Shown piece after piece: positions 38,921 through 51,538 of a DNA stretch of 64,000 nt (position 1 is the first letter of the stretch; each line of letters starts with the position of its first letter). Both the position numbers and the translations under genes were made by a program. The DNA is from Mobula hypostoma (Eukaryota). The DNA lies in the NCBI RefSeq assembly GCF_963921235.1, contig NC_086107.1, positions 98,210,001-98,274,000 on the forward strand, given 5' to 3'. The notes beneath the pieces were generated by a model that worked only from the letters and a program-made list of their open reading frames with translations, was not told where the DNA came from and made no database searches.

Positions 38921-40372
38921 AACAAACAAAAAACCACTACTACTGGCGGCCTAGGTCCTAAACCACCAGGTTCAGGAACAGTTATTACCCTTCAACTGTC
39001 AGGTTGCTGAACTAGTATGGTTAACCACTAAGAACTGCTTCAATGAACTACAGATTCACTTTTAAGAACTTTTTATGTCTCATGTTCTGTGTATGATTTT
39101 TGATTACATAGTTTTGTCTTTTCTATATTGTGTTTACTAGTCTTTGTATCTTGTTTTTATAAAATTCTATTGTATTTCCTTGTTCCCTGTAATTACTGCA
39201 ATGAAACAAATCTCAGTAGCATTTTGTAATGGGTACTTGGATAGTAAACTTACTTTGAAGTTTTGAACAGTGGGAGGGAGGAAAGTCAGTCATACAGCAT
39301 GAAAGCAAGCCCCTCGGCCCATCTTGTCTATGCTGACCAGGATTCCCTTCCAAGCGAATCCCATTTGCCCATATTTGGCCCATGTCCCTCTAAACCAAAT
39401 GTCCCAATTTCGGTCTGTGGACCCCTTGGTAGGGGATCCTTGACATAAAGGTTGAGAACCCCAGCTCTGAGCCTTTCCTATCCATGTCAAGAGCCTTTTA
39501 AATGTTGTTAATGTACCTACCTTAACCCACTTCCACCGGCAGCTTCTTTCATACACTGTCCACACTTTACGTGACAACATTACCCAGGCTCTTGTTAACT
39601 TTCTCCCTCTCATCTTAAATCTATCCTCTCTAGTTCTAGATTCCCTAACCCTGGGGATAAAGACTGTGTTCATTAACTCTCTCTGTACCCTTTATGATTT
39701 TGTACATCTCATTCTCAAAGTTCAAAGTAAATTTATTATCAAAGTGCATGTATGACGTCATATACAACCCTGAGATTCAACTTTGTGCACGCACACTCCA
39801 TAAAGAAAAAAATAATAAATAAGCAGTAAATATTGAGAATATGGGATGAAGAGTTCTTGAAAGTGAGCCTGTAAATTGTGGGAACAATTCAGAGATGGGG
39901 CAGGTGAAACTGAGTGAAGTTATGAAGTTATCAAGAGCCTGATGATTGAGGGGTAATCATCTGAACCTGGTGGTGTGGGTCCTGGGGCTCCCGTAACACC
40001 TTCTTGGTGGCACCAGCGAGAAGAGAGCACGTCCTGGGCGGCGGGGTCCCTTGTGATGGGTGGCGCTTTTTTCTGTGACAGCACCCCATGTAAGTGTGCT
40101 CGATGGCGGGGAGAGCTCTACCCGTGATGCCCTGAACAGCATCCACGGCCTTCTGTAGGATTTTCCGTTCAAACCGATGGAAGAAGCTCCAACCCGCGCA
40201 AGCTCTCTGTGTCTCACTCCGGGCTAGTGGATCTCCCGTACACTCTTTCCATCTCAGAGCGTGGACTGGGGCTGGGGCAGGCGGGAGAGAGTGTGGAGGG
40301 TTCGGCAAGCAGCTTGAGCGGAGTTTCAGTGGTAAGGCACTCATTCTTCCCGGTTTCTTTCTCTCTCTGTAG

Positions 40373-41385
40373 ATATCTTCTCCGACGATGTGATGCTGCA
40401 TTTCCAAGGCAGACCTGCTTTACGCAGCCAACGGGAAATAATACGACGCCCTCTGGGAACAACGTGCTTTTTGTGTAAAGGGACGAATCCAACACCACTG
40501 TGCACTAAAGACCAAAATATTGACTTTCAGCAAATGTTTTCTAAGTAACGACCACTGGATTTTATTGAGCAAAGACTGGAGCCAAACGGCATTGTGTTGT
40601 CCGTAGGGCTGAGGCAAGCTGGCTTCTGCTGGAGACCGTTTTCAGACTTAGCTCTTTGCACTGTATATTGTGCTTTTCTGTGTTAATGTTTGACATTTAA
40701 TATTCGTTTCTGTGGGCTGACTGAAGAGAACAGGAGGCCCGTCCTCCTGCTACTGGCTGGCTTTGCCAGTTCGTGTGGTATTTCGAGAGGTGCTCTGGCA
40801 GATCCTTTCCGGCAGATTCCAGACCGGTCAGGAGCCCCTCTCCAAAGGCAACCGCACAGATCCCAGGTTCCCTCGGGATTGGAGCCTCCTCTCCCCCCGG
40901 ACAGAGATGGAGCCCAGCTCCCTGCTCCCCCTATCCCTGACTGGGAATGTGTCGGCTCGGTTCTGTGACTCTCTGCCCCGACTCCTGGGCTTATGATGTG
41001 TCAGCGTTAAACGGGTCGGGGACGGAGCCAGAGAGAGTGAGCCCGAGGCGGGGGTGGGGGGGGGGTGGTTGCTGCCACGTTCTCCATCCGACTGCCGCCG
41101 CCTCCTCCTGCTTGTTTACGCACTTCAGGGACCGGAGACCCGCCGGTGCTACAGCCGGTGCAGGAGGCAACACTGGGGCAGACCGCGGAGATCGATCGCT
41201 GTTCAATTGAGATCGCAGGTGGTGCCTGGATCAAGGTCAATGATGCAGAGAGGATTGCTAGGTTACTGCTGTAAATATTGAATCTCAACTGTTTTTAAAG
41301 TTAAACATAGACTAATTATTTATATATTTAAAGTTGTAAAAGTTTCTATGAAGTATAATAAACGGCTGTTTGTGGTAATGGCTGA
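40373..41385 (+). other. PDGFB: Probable non-coding last exon (exon 7, 3' UTR) of the PDGF-B-like gene
   Basis: Strong pyrimidine tract plus tag acceptor at 40371-40372, then ~1 kb with no recognisable repeats. ATTTA at 41318 and 41326, AATAAA at 41357-41362, followed by GT-rich sequence. Mammalian PDGFB also has a non-coding exon 7. Confidence 0.6.
41357..41362 (+). terminator. Polyadenylation signal AATAAA
   Basis: Canonical hexamer with an AU-rich upstream region and a downstream tgtttgtggt element. Confidence 0.6.
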
Positions 41386-42233
41386 TCCTGTGAAACCAGG
41401 TGTGGGTGAGTCACGCATTCCAGCCACAGGGACTCGCGAATGTGCATGGGGATATTTGGACGCTGATTCACGTTGCTAATTGTCTTAATTTGCTGCTGAT
41501 AACCAGAGGCTTGTGTGCCGATAAGGAGGACTTTCCCCTCTCTGATGCAATGTCTGTTGTCCCCTTCCCTGCACAACACAATCGCCAGATGGTGCGGGTC
41601 TGACATTTGCCTCGCTGACTGCCAGGTGCGATTGTGCGCAGGTAGCAACAGGCTGCCGGGTGACCGCCCGCACTTCACTCAGGCAGTTTGGGTGGGACAA
41701 ACAGCGAGCCGTGGCCGTGGCTCTGACACACACTGCGGAAGAATCTGGGTTCTGTACCGAACCGGGACTGACCACGCACCCCCCCCCCCCGGGTTTGTTC
41801 AGCGGGGCGAAACGACGGAATCTGCTCGCCGTTCTTCAGAGTCGAAGCCTGCTGATAGCAGGGAAAGAGGACGCTGAACGGGAAAGCTTGAGTAACATGC
41901 GCAATGAAGGGTCTCGGCCTGAAATGACTCTTTATTTTCCTCCATAGGTGCTGCCTGACTTGCTGAGTTCCTGGGGCACTCAGCAATATCAGCACTATAT
42001 CAGTACTGTATGTGTAATCAAGCTATTCCCAGTTAACCTTATCTCTACCTGGGCTGAGTCTGTAATCTGATTAGAATTGGTTTGTTATTGTCATATACAG
42101 TGTTGTTTCTAGGGAGAAGATTTTACTCATGTGCATCCAGACAGGTTATTCCATACATAATCATGCTTGCGTTTCTTATCGTGGGGGAGCCTAGGACCAG
42201 AGGGCGCAACCTCAGAACAAAAAGATGTCCATC

Positions 42234-43504
42234 TCACCCTGTCTCTTGCAAAAACGCCATCCCCTTCTCGCAATTCCTCCGTCTCCGCCGCATCTGCTCT
42301 CAGGATCAGACTTTTCATTCCAGGACGAGGGAGATGTCCTCCTTTTTTTAAAGAAAGTGGCTTCCCTTCCTCCACCATCAACTCTGCTCTCAAACGCATC
42401 TCCCCCATTTCATACACATCTGCTCTCACTCCATCCTCCCGTCACCCCACTAGGAATAGGGTTCCCCTGGTTCTCACCTACCACCCGACCAGCCTTCGGG
42501 TCCAACATATTATTCTCCGAAACTTCCACCACCTCCAATGGGATCCCACCACTAAGCATATCTTTCCCTACCCCCCCCCCGCCCCCGCTTTCCGCAGGGA
42601 TCGCTCCCTATGCGACTCCCTTGTCCATTCGTCCCTCCCCACTGATCTCCCTCCTGGCACTTATCCTTGTAAGCAGAACAAGTGCTACACATGCCCTTAC
42701 ACTTCCTCCCTTACCACCATTCAGGGCCTCAGACAGTCCTTCCAGGTGAGGCGACGCTTCACCTGTGAGTCAGCTGGGGTGATATACTGCGTCCGGTGCT
42801 CCCGATGCGGCCTTCTATATATTAGCGCGACCCGACGCAGACTGGGAGATCGTTTCGCTGAACATCTACGCTCTGTCCGCCAGAGAAAGCAGGATCTCCC
42901 AGTGGCCACACATTTTAATTCCACGTCCCATTCCCATTCTGATATGTCTATCCACGGCTTCCTCTACTGTCGAGATGAAGCCACACTCAGGTTGGAGGAA
43001 CAACACCTTATGTTCCGTCTGGGTAGCCTCCAACCTGATGGCATGAACATTGACTTCTCTAACGTCTGCTAATGCACCACCTCCCCCACGTACCTCATCC
43101 GTTATTTATTTATATACACACATTCTTTCTCTCTCTCTCCTTTTTCTCCCTCTGTCCCTCTCACTATACCTCTTGCCCATCCTCTGGGCTTTCCCCCCTC
43201 CCCCTTTTTCTTTCTCCCTGAGCCTCCTGTCCCATGATCCTCTCATATCCCTTTTGCTAATCACCTGTCCAGCTCTTGGCTCCATCCCTCCCCCTCATGT
43301 CTTCTCCTATCATTTTGGATCTCCCCCTCCCCCTCCCACTTTCAAATCTCTTACTCACTCTTCCTTCAGTTAGTCCTGATGAAGGGTCTCGGCCTGAAAC
43401 GTCGACTGTACCTCTCCCTAGAGATGCTGCCTGGCCTGCTGCGTTCACCAGCAACTTTGATGTGTGTTGCTTGAATTTCCAGCATCTGCAGAATTCCTCG
43501 TGTT
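42234..43504 (+). mobile_element. Penelope-like retroelement 3' part (GIY-YIG), inserted in a CR1 fragment
   Basis: ORF to 43072 contains GVIYCVRCSRCGLLYI..RRRLGDRFAEH, with an intact hammerhead core at 43372-43407. Confidence 0.93.
43372..43407 (+). ncRNA. Minimal type I hammerhead ribozyme motif
   Basis: agtc-CTGATGA-agggtctcggcct-GAAAC-GTC-gact: stem I agtc/gact, stem II agg/cct, palindromic ACGT stem III. Confidence 0.8.
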
Positions 43505-44149
43505 TCCATTTTAGGACAGGTGGGGAGGAATTTCTTTAGCCAGAAGGCGGTGAATCTGTGGAATTCATCGCCACAGATGGCTGTGGTGGTCAAGTCATTG
43601 GGTGTATTTAAACCAGAGTTTGATGGGTTCTTGATTAGTAAGGGCGCCAACGGTTACGGGGAGAAGGCAGAAGAATGGGGTTGAGGGGGATATCAAATCA
43701 GCCATGATGGAATAGCAGGGCAGACTCGATGGGCTGAATGGCCTAATCTTGCTCCTACATTTTATTTAATTTTAATCTCATTTAGAGAATACGGAATAAG
43801 TGCGCTACCCAGCAACTCCTGGTTTAATCACAAACAAGAGGAGATCTGCAGATGCTGGAAATCTGAGCAATGAGCACAAAATGCTGGAGGAACTCAGCAG
43901 GCCAGGCAGCATCTATGGGGGTGGGGTGGAAAGTACAGTCGACGTTTCAGGACGAGACCCCTCGGCAGGACTGGAGAGGGGGAAAAAAAGCCCAGAATGC
44001 AGGGCAGAGTGTTAGAGTGAAAGGGAAGATGCGATGCAGGTAGACAAATGGTGTGAGAAACACAGCAAGGTAAGTCAGGAGACCTTTAGCATATAAGGTC
44101 CATGTCATGTGTCCTTGAAACTGGTGGTACACATTCTCAGGTTTTTTGT

Positions 44150-44799
44150 GAATGGTATGCTGGCATTTATAGCGAGAGGATTCGAGTACAGGAGCAGGGA
44201 GGTACTACTGCAGTTGTACAAGGCCTTGGTGAGACCACACCTGGAGTATTGTGTGCAGTTTTGGTCCCCTAATCTGAGGAAAGACATCCTTGCCATAGAG
44301 GGAGTACAAAGAAGGTTCACCAGATTGATTCCTGGGATGGCAGGACTTTCATATGAAGAAAGACTGGATGAACTGGGCTTGTACTCATTGGAATTTAGAA
44401 GATTGAGGGGGGATCTGATTGAAACGTATAAAATCCTAAAGGGATTGGACAGGCTGGATGCAGGAAGATTGTTCCCGATGTTGGGGAAGTCCAGAACAAG
44501 GGGTCACAGTTTGAGAATAAAGGGGAAGCCTTTTAGGACCAAGATTAGGAAAAACTTCTTCACACAGAGAGTGGTGAATCTGTGGAATTCTCTGCCACAG
44601 GAAACAGTTGAGGCCAGTTCATTGGCTATATTTAAGAGGGAATTAGATATGGCCCTTGTGGCTACGGGGATCAGGAGGTATGGAGGGAAGGCTGGTGCAG
44701 GGTTCTGAGTTGGATGATCAGCCATGATCATAATAAATGGCAGTGCAGGCTTGAAGGGCCGAATGGCCTACTCCTGCACCTATTTTCTATGTTTCTATG
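44150..44799 (+). mobile_element. Young CR1 LINE 3' end
   Basis: Uninterrupted ORF LYKALVRPHLEYCVQFWSP...RKNFFTQRVVNLWNSLP and a (TTTCTATG)2 tail. Confidence 0.95.
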
Positions 44800-47700
44800 T
44801 ATCACCTGTATGACCTGAGGTGGAGTGGCGTGAGATTGACCAGGGTGGGAAGGGTCTTTGATTATACTGGTGTTTTATTAAAGAGACTACTTCCAACCCA
44901 TGCTGGTCAAGGTAGTCACTGGCACAGATAAAACTGTTGTAAAATTAACTAACAAGTCTGTTAAGGAAGTTTTAACAGACGATATTTATACCAGCGACTA
45001 GAAATAATTTAATATTCTACACAAGAGACTGCTGGCAAAATGTGAGTGTGTGGAATGGGAGGCCCACCTGAGCAGGGAGTTTGGTTAGGCAGCCAGGACA
45101 GGCTTGGGTACTATCTGAGACTGTGCTCTGCTTCGTGTGGAGCTTTACATTGCAATTCCATGGAAGTGACAAGAACTGCAGCAGAAAATTGCAGACAGAT
45201 GCATGGGTTAGGTGAGTGGTCAGACTGTGGTCAGTGCTGTCCAATTTGGAACTAAGAAAGGGAGGTCAGTGTATCCTCTAAACAGTGAGCTATGAAGTAT
45301 AGGTACATGAAGGACAAGAAACTAGATGCAGAAATTGACAGGGAGTCACTGGCCGGTGCAAAGTCTTGCCAAACATTATGTTGGAAGGACACTGGCCAGA
45401 CCTGGTTTGTCTGCAGCTGGACCACTGCATATCTTCCAGGGAGCAGCATCTCAGGGGTGGGAGGGGATAGGATGTCATCGGAAGGGCTGCAGCACAGACT
45501 GGGGGTAAAAAGGGGTTAAATACAGAGACATGTCCTGTAATTCCCAAGGAAAGGGTGAATTAGTGGGAAGCGTGTGACAAACAGAAATTATTTCTCTGTA
45601 AAACTAGTGCTTGGAAGTTCTGGCTAATACAGGACACAGGAAGGACGTGGTAGCAATGAAGTGCTGAGGAGCAAAACACACACAAAATGCTGGAGGAACT
45701 CAACAGGTCAGGCAGCATCTATGGAAAAGAGTACAGTCGACGTTTCGGGCCAAGATCCTTCGGCAGGACTAGAGGAAGAAAAGATGAGGAGTAGATTTAA
45801 AAGGATGAGGAAGTCCTCCAGCATCTTCTGTGTGTGTGTCCAGAAATCAAAGGGCTTTTTCCTGTGCTCTTTGTGTCGGGTGAGGGTTAGGACCAATGGG
45901 AATGGACACATTTAACTCTCATCTTAGCCGTGAGCCAACTGGATGACACAACAGTATCCCACTGTCCTTGGAGTGTTGGTGGGCAGCGTGGACATTACTG
46001 GGCTACATTGTGCCCACACATTGCTGGCACACGCTGGGGAAAGATGAGATAACCTCGGGAGACATTGGAGAGGGTGTTCACCAGGGTGGAGGGGCTCTAG
46101 TTGTTTGGAGAAGCTGATGACGTTCCTCTTGCCACCGGTAGGGGTGGGTGATAGGACGAGAGAAAACAATTCCTTTGAAGTTGGGAGGAATGGCTGGATG
46201 TCCGGCACTTTTTTTCTCCTTGGGTGGAAAGGAGCAAAAGCAGAGGACATCCTTTCAATGTGAGTGGAGAGAAGTTTAGGGGAGATAGAATCTTAGAAAA
46301 CTGCAGTGCAGAAACAGGCCCTTTGGCCCATTGAGTCCATGCTGACCCATTTAAACTGCCGACTCCCATCGACCTACACCCGGACTGTAGCCCTCCATAC
46401 CCCTCCGGTCCAGCTAACTATCCAAACTTCTTTTAAGTATTGAATTTGAAATTGCACGCGGAACCCGCACTAGCAGCTTGTTCCACCTTCTCTCCAGCCT
46501 CTGAGTGAAGAAGTTTCTCCCTCATGCTCCCCTGAAACATTTTACCTTTAGTGGGATGTTAGAGGTAGTGGCAGCAGAGGCTGATACATTAGGGATGTTT
46601 ATGAGACTGTTAAATGGGCACTGGGTGAAAGAACATTGGAGGATTATGGCATTTGTAGGAGGAAAGGATTATATTGATTGAGGAGTAGGTTAAAAGGCTG
46701 GCACAGCATCAGGTCTAAGGCCCATACTGTGCGAAACCATTCTGTTCTATGTTTGACAAGTGCATTGATAAAAGGAGCTCACAGATCCAAGAGTTGAACC
46801 ACAGGATATCAAAGAATATCTTTGAGAAATCATGATAATCTATGGTGTCATAGTTGGAAGGCATTCGTTTCCCGAGGGAATTTTCAGACGTTATTTTACT
46901 TGGGCTTTTTGGCCTATTCTTAAGCCATTGTACAAGCTGGTTCTCCGAGTAGCTCCTATTTATTTCTTCATAATTGATTCCCTCACATAATAGATCGTGA
47001 GACCCTAAGATAGAGGAGCAGAATTAGGCCATTTGGCCCATCAAGTCTGCTCTACTGTTTCATCATGGCTGATCCATTTTCCCTCTCAGTCCCAATTGCC
47101 TGCCTTCTCTTATCCCTTCATGCCTTGACTAATTAAGAAGCTATCAACCTCTGCCTTAAATATACCTAATGATTTGACCTCCACAGCTTCCTGTGGCAAC
47201 AAATTTCACAGATTCACTGCTCTCGGGCTAAAGAAATCTCTCCTCATCTCCATTCTAAAAGAACTCCCCTCTATTCTGTGTCATCTGGTCTTAAACTCCC
47301 CCACCATAGGAAACATCCTCACCACATCCACTCTATTGAGAACTTTCAACATTCGATATTTTTCAATGTGGTCACCTCTTATTCTTCTCAATTCCAGTGA
47401 GTAGAGGCCCAGAGCCATGAAATGCTCTTCATATGACAAGTCTTTCAATCGTGGAATCGTTTTTGTGAACCTCCTTTGAACCCTTCCCAATGTCAGTATT
47501 GTGAGCAGTTTTGGGCTCACAGTGTTGTGAGCCTAAAACTGCTCTCAATACTCATGTGAAGCCTCACCAGTGCTTTATAAAGCCTCAACATTACATCCTT
47601 GCTTGTATATTCTAGTCCTCTTGATATGAATGCTAATGTTGCATTTACCTTCCCCAGGCTGACTCAATCTGAAAATTAACCTTTAGGGAATCCTGCAGAA

Positions 47701-48092
47701 GGACTCCTAAGTCTCTTTGCACCTCAGAGCTAGAAAATAGGCTACCCTTTATTTCTTCCACCAAAGTGCATGACCATACACTTCCCAACACTGTTCTATC
47801 TGCCAATTCTTTACCCATTTTCCTAATCTAAGTCCTTCTGTAGCCTCTCTACTTTCTCAAAACAACCTGTCCCTTCACCTATCTTCATATCATCTGCAAA
47901 CTTGGCCACAAAGCCATCAATTCCATCATCCAAATCATTGACATATAAGGTAAAAAGAATTGGCCCCAACACTGACCTCTGTGGAACACCACTAGTTACT
48001 GGCAACCAACCAGAAAATGTTCCTTTTATGCAACACACATCAAAGTTGCTGGTGAACGCAGCAGGCCAGGCAGCATCTCTAGGAAGAGGTGC

Positions 48093-48128
48093 AGTCGACG
48101 TTTCAGGCCGAGACCCTTCGTCAGGACT
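48093..48128 (-). ncRNA. Minimal type I hammerhead ribozyme motif
   Basis: Minus strand reads agtc-CTGACGA-agggtctcggcct-GAAAC-GTC-gact. Confidence 0.8.
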
Positions 48129-49159
48129 AACTGAAGGAAGAGTGAGTAAGGGATTTGAAAGTTGGTGGGGGAGGGGGAGATCCAAAATGATAGGAGAAGA
48201 CAGGAAGGGGAGGGATAGAGCCGAGAGCTGCACAGGTGATAGGCAAAAGGGGATACGAGAGGATCATGGGACAGGAGGTCCGGGAAGAAAGACAAGGGGG
48301 GGGGACCCAGAGGATGGGCAAGAGGTATATTCAGAGGGACAGAGGGAGAAAAAGGAGAGTGAGAGAAAGAATGTGTGCATAAAAATAAGTAACAGATGGG
48401 GTACGAGGGGGAGGTGGGGCCTTAGCGGAAGTTAGAGAAGTCGATGTTCATGCCATCAGGTTGGAGGCTACCCAGACGGAATATAAGGTGTTGTTCCTCC
48501 AACCTGAGTGTGGCTTCATCTTTACAGTCATTCCAGGTGAGGCAACACTTCACCTGTGAGTCGACTGGGGTGATATACTGCGTCCGGTGCTCCCGATGTG
48601 GCCTTTTATATATTGGCGAGACCCGACGCAGACTGGGAGACCGCTTTGCTGAACATCTACGCTCTGTCCTCCAGAGAAAGCAGGATCTCCCAGTGGCCAC
48701 ACATTTTAATTCCACATCCCATTCCCATTCTGACATGTCTATCCACGGCCTCCTCTACTGTAAAGATGAAGCCACACTCAGGTTGGAGGAACAACACCTT
48801 ATATTCCGTCTGGGTAGCCTCCAACCTGATGGCATGAACATCGACTTCTCTAACTTCCGCTAAGGCCCCACCTCCCCCTCGTACCCCATCTGTTACTTAT
48901 TTTTATGCACACATTCTTTCTCTCACTCTCCTTTTTCTCCCTCTGTCCCTCTGAATATACCTCTTGCCCATCCTCTGTGTCCCCCCCTCCGCCTGTCTTT
49001 CTTCCCGGACCTCCTGTCCCATGATCCTCTCGTATCCCCTTTTGCCTATCACCTGTCCAGCTCTTGGCTCTATCCCTCCCCCTCCCGTCTTCTCCTATCA
49101 TTTTGGATCTCCCCCTCCCCCTCCAACTTTCAAATCCCTTACTCACTCTTCCTTCAGTT

Positions 49160-49195
49160 AGTCCTGACGAAGGGTCTCGGCCCGAAACGTCGACT
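49160..49195 (+). ncRNA. Minimal type I hammerhead ribozyme motif
   Basis: agtc-CTGACGA-agggtctcggccc-GAAAC-GTC-gact. Confidence 0.78.
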
Positions 49196-51538
49196 GCACC
49201 TCTTCCTACAGATGCTGCCTGGCCTGCTGCGTTCACCAGCAACTTTGATGTGTGTTGCTTGAATTTCCAGCATCTGCAGAATTCCTGTTGTTAATGTTCC
49301 TTTTATTCCCACTCTGTCTCTTGTCAATCAGCCACTTCTTTATCCGTGCTAGAATCTTTCCTGTAATACCATGGGCTCATAACTTGTTAAGCAGCCTCAT
49401 GAATGGCATCTTGTCAAAGGCCGTCTGAAAATCCCAGTACACAAAATCCACCAATTCTCCTTTGTCTATCCTGCTTGTTAGTTCTTCAAAGAATTCCAGC
49501 AGGTTTGTCAGGCAAGATTTTTCCTTCAGGAAAGTATGGTCTATTTTATCATGTGCCTCCAAGTACCCTGAAAGCACATCCATAACAATCAATTCCAACG
49601 TCCTCCCAACCACTGAGGCCAGACGAACTGGTCTATGTTTTCTTTTCTTCTGTGTCTCTCCCTTCTTGAACAGTGGAGTGACATTTGCAATTTTCCATTC
49701 CTCCAGAACCATGCTAGGATTAATTGGTTCTTGAAAGATCATTACTCATGCATCCACAATCCTTTCAGCTGCCTCTTTCATCCCCATTAACTTTTCTCAA
49801 TTCACCTCACTGGGGGACAATTGACAAAAGCAAGTTTACCTGCAAGTTTTTGGGATGTGGGAGGCGATTGGAGCACCCGACAGAACGTGCAAATTCCACA
49901 CCGACAGCACCCGAGGTCAGGATGGAGCCTAGGTCACCGTGAGTCAAGGGCACTACCTGCCGCACGCCCCGCTCCTCTTGGCTGATAATGGTGATCAAAA
50001 AAATCTGTCAGGTTAAATCCGACTGGTTTATCAGGAGACATTGCAAGGCAACTGGACCTTCTGTGGATATAATAGGAAGTGTGGGTGTAAAATGGAAGAG
50101 AATTTGGGGAAAGTGAACGGCAGGTCTGAGGAAACACTGGGCAGTAAAATCAAAGAATATCTTGAAATCTTCAATTGTATGCAAGGAACAAAGAGGGAAA
50201 GAATAGGACTAAGAATACAATCTTGGTCTCAGGGGAGAATTGGTTAAAGCTCAGACTGAGGCCATTTGGCCCATTGTGCCTATATCAGCTCTCTATCAGA
50301 GTTTTTCTCCAGTTTCATTTCCCGGTCTGATCACCATCATCATTATGTGCTGTGTCGTATGACGAGGGGAATCACGGGCTTATGACCATGTTTGTTCTGG
50401 ACAATATTTTCTGCAGAAGTGTTTTGCCATTCCCTTCCTCTGTGCAGCACCCTTACAAGACGGGCGACCTCCAACCGTTATCAATACTCTTCAGAGATGG
50501 TCCACCTGGCGTCGGTGGTCGCATAGCTGATCTCCATAACTTTACAATTTTCTTTGTACATTATCTAGTTCCATTTCTTAAAGGCGACAATAGGACTGAC
50601 CCCACCACATCTGCAGGCAAGTGAGTTCAAGGCTCCGACCACACGCTGTGCAAAGAAAGTTTCTTTCCTTATGTCACTCTTGTGTCTCTTCCCCTTTATT
50701 TTACAGCTCTGACTTCTAACCCCCAACCCCTCTACCTGAGGGAACAGTCTCCTATTATCCACTCTGGCCAAGTCCCTTGTCACTTTATGCACTTGTGACA
50801 GAGCTCCTGTCTGCCTTCTCTAAAGTAAACAGTCTCAGGCTTTCCAATCTGCCTTTGTTACTGTCGTCCCTCATCCCAGAAACCATGCTCATAAATCTTT
50901 CTTGGACTCTCTCCAATGCCTTCACATCCTTCCCATAATGTGGTAACCAGAGTTGAACACAATGCTCCACTGGTGGCCAGAGCAGAGTTTCGCGAACTTT
51001 CAGCATGACTTCCTGCATGACACAATAACCAGGGTGAAGAGGCAGTGTGCAGGTTAGGTTCTTGTTGTTCTGTGACTGACTGTCTTCATGAAAGTCGGGG
51101 TGATACCAATTTACATTTAAGGCGGAGCAGGAATGGCACATTGGAGGAGATAAATAAACAAAAGGAGAAAGAATTTGTGTCTTTGTTAAAGGATTGAGGA
51201 AGGAAGCTTCAGAAGCCCTGGCCACCATTCTTCAAACCGCTCGAGGGATAGGAGTGATTCCAGAGAAAGGATCCCATAGCACCTTTGTTTAAAGAGGGTG
51301 GAAAGAATAAATGAAGAAGTTGCTGGAAGTTATTTCTTTTCTTTGGTGAACAAATTATTGCAAGCAGTTGATGGAGTAGATAAACCTTCTTGTAGAAAGG
51401 CACAGATAATCAGGGTGTAGTTAAGGGATCATAAACGTTAGAGATCCTGCAGGTGCTGGCAATCCAAAGCAACGCACACAAAATGCTGGCGGAACTCAGC
51501 AGGCCGGGCAGCATCTGTGGAAAAGAGTAAACAGTTGA

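Larger units (their letters stand above)
48030..49292. mobile_element. Penelope-like insertion with an inverted duplicated 3' end (arms ~48030-48528 and ~48757-49258) and a 14-bp TSD
   Basis: TSD aatgttccttttat at 48016-48029 and 49293-49306. GIY-YIG C-terminus is present on both strands. Confidence 0.93.
47005..49775 (-). mobile_element. CR1 LINE RT fragment split by the Penelope insertion at 48030-49292
   Basis: ORFs 49377-49742 (VTPLFKKG, SCLTNLLEFFE) and 47823-48015 (GVPQ.SVLGP, KFADD). Confidence 0.9.

Noticed and set aside
40258..40331. Extra small exon (ctcag acceptor, G|GTAAGG donor) before exon 7
   Set aside because: It would leave a 41-nt intron, too short for normal vertebrate splicing. 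40258 could at most be an alternative exon 7 acceptor.
42167..43072. 301-aa GIY-YIG ORF as a domesticated nuclease
   Set aside because: 5'-truncated Penelope copy with an N-terminus from flanking CR1 sequence, a frameshift relative to the element ORF, and YIG changed to YIS. Several near-identical copies are in the window.
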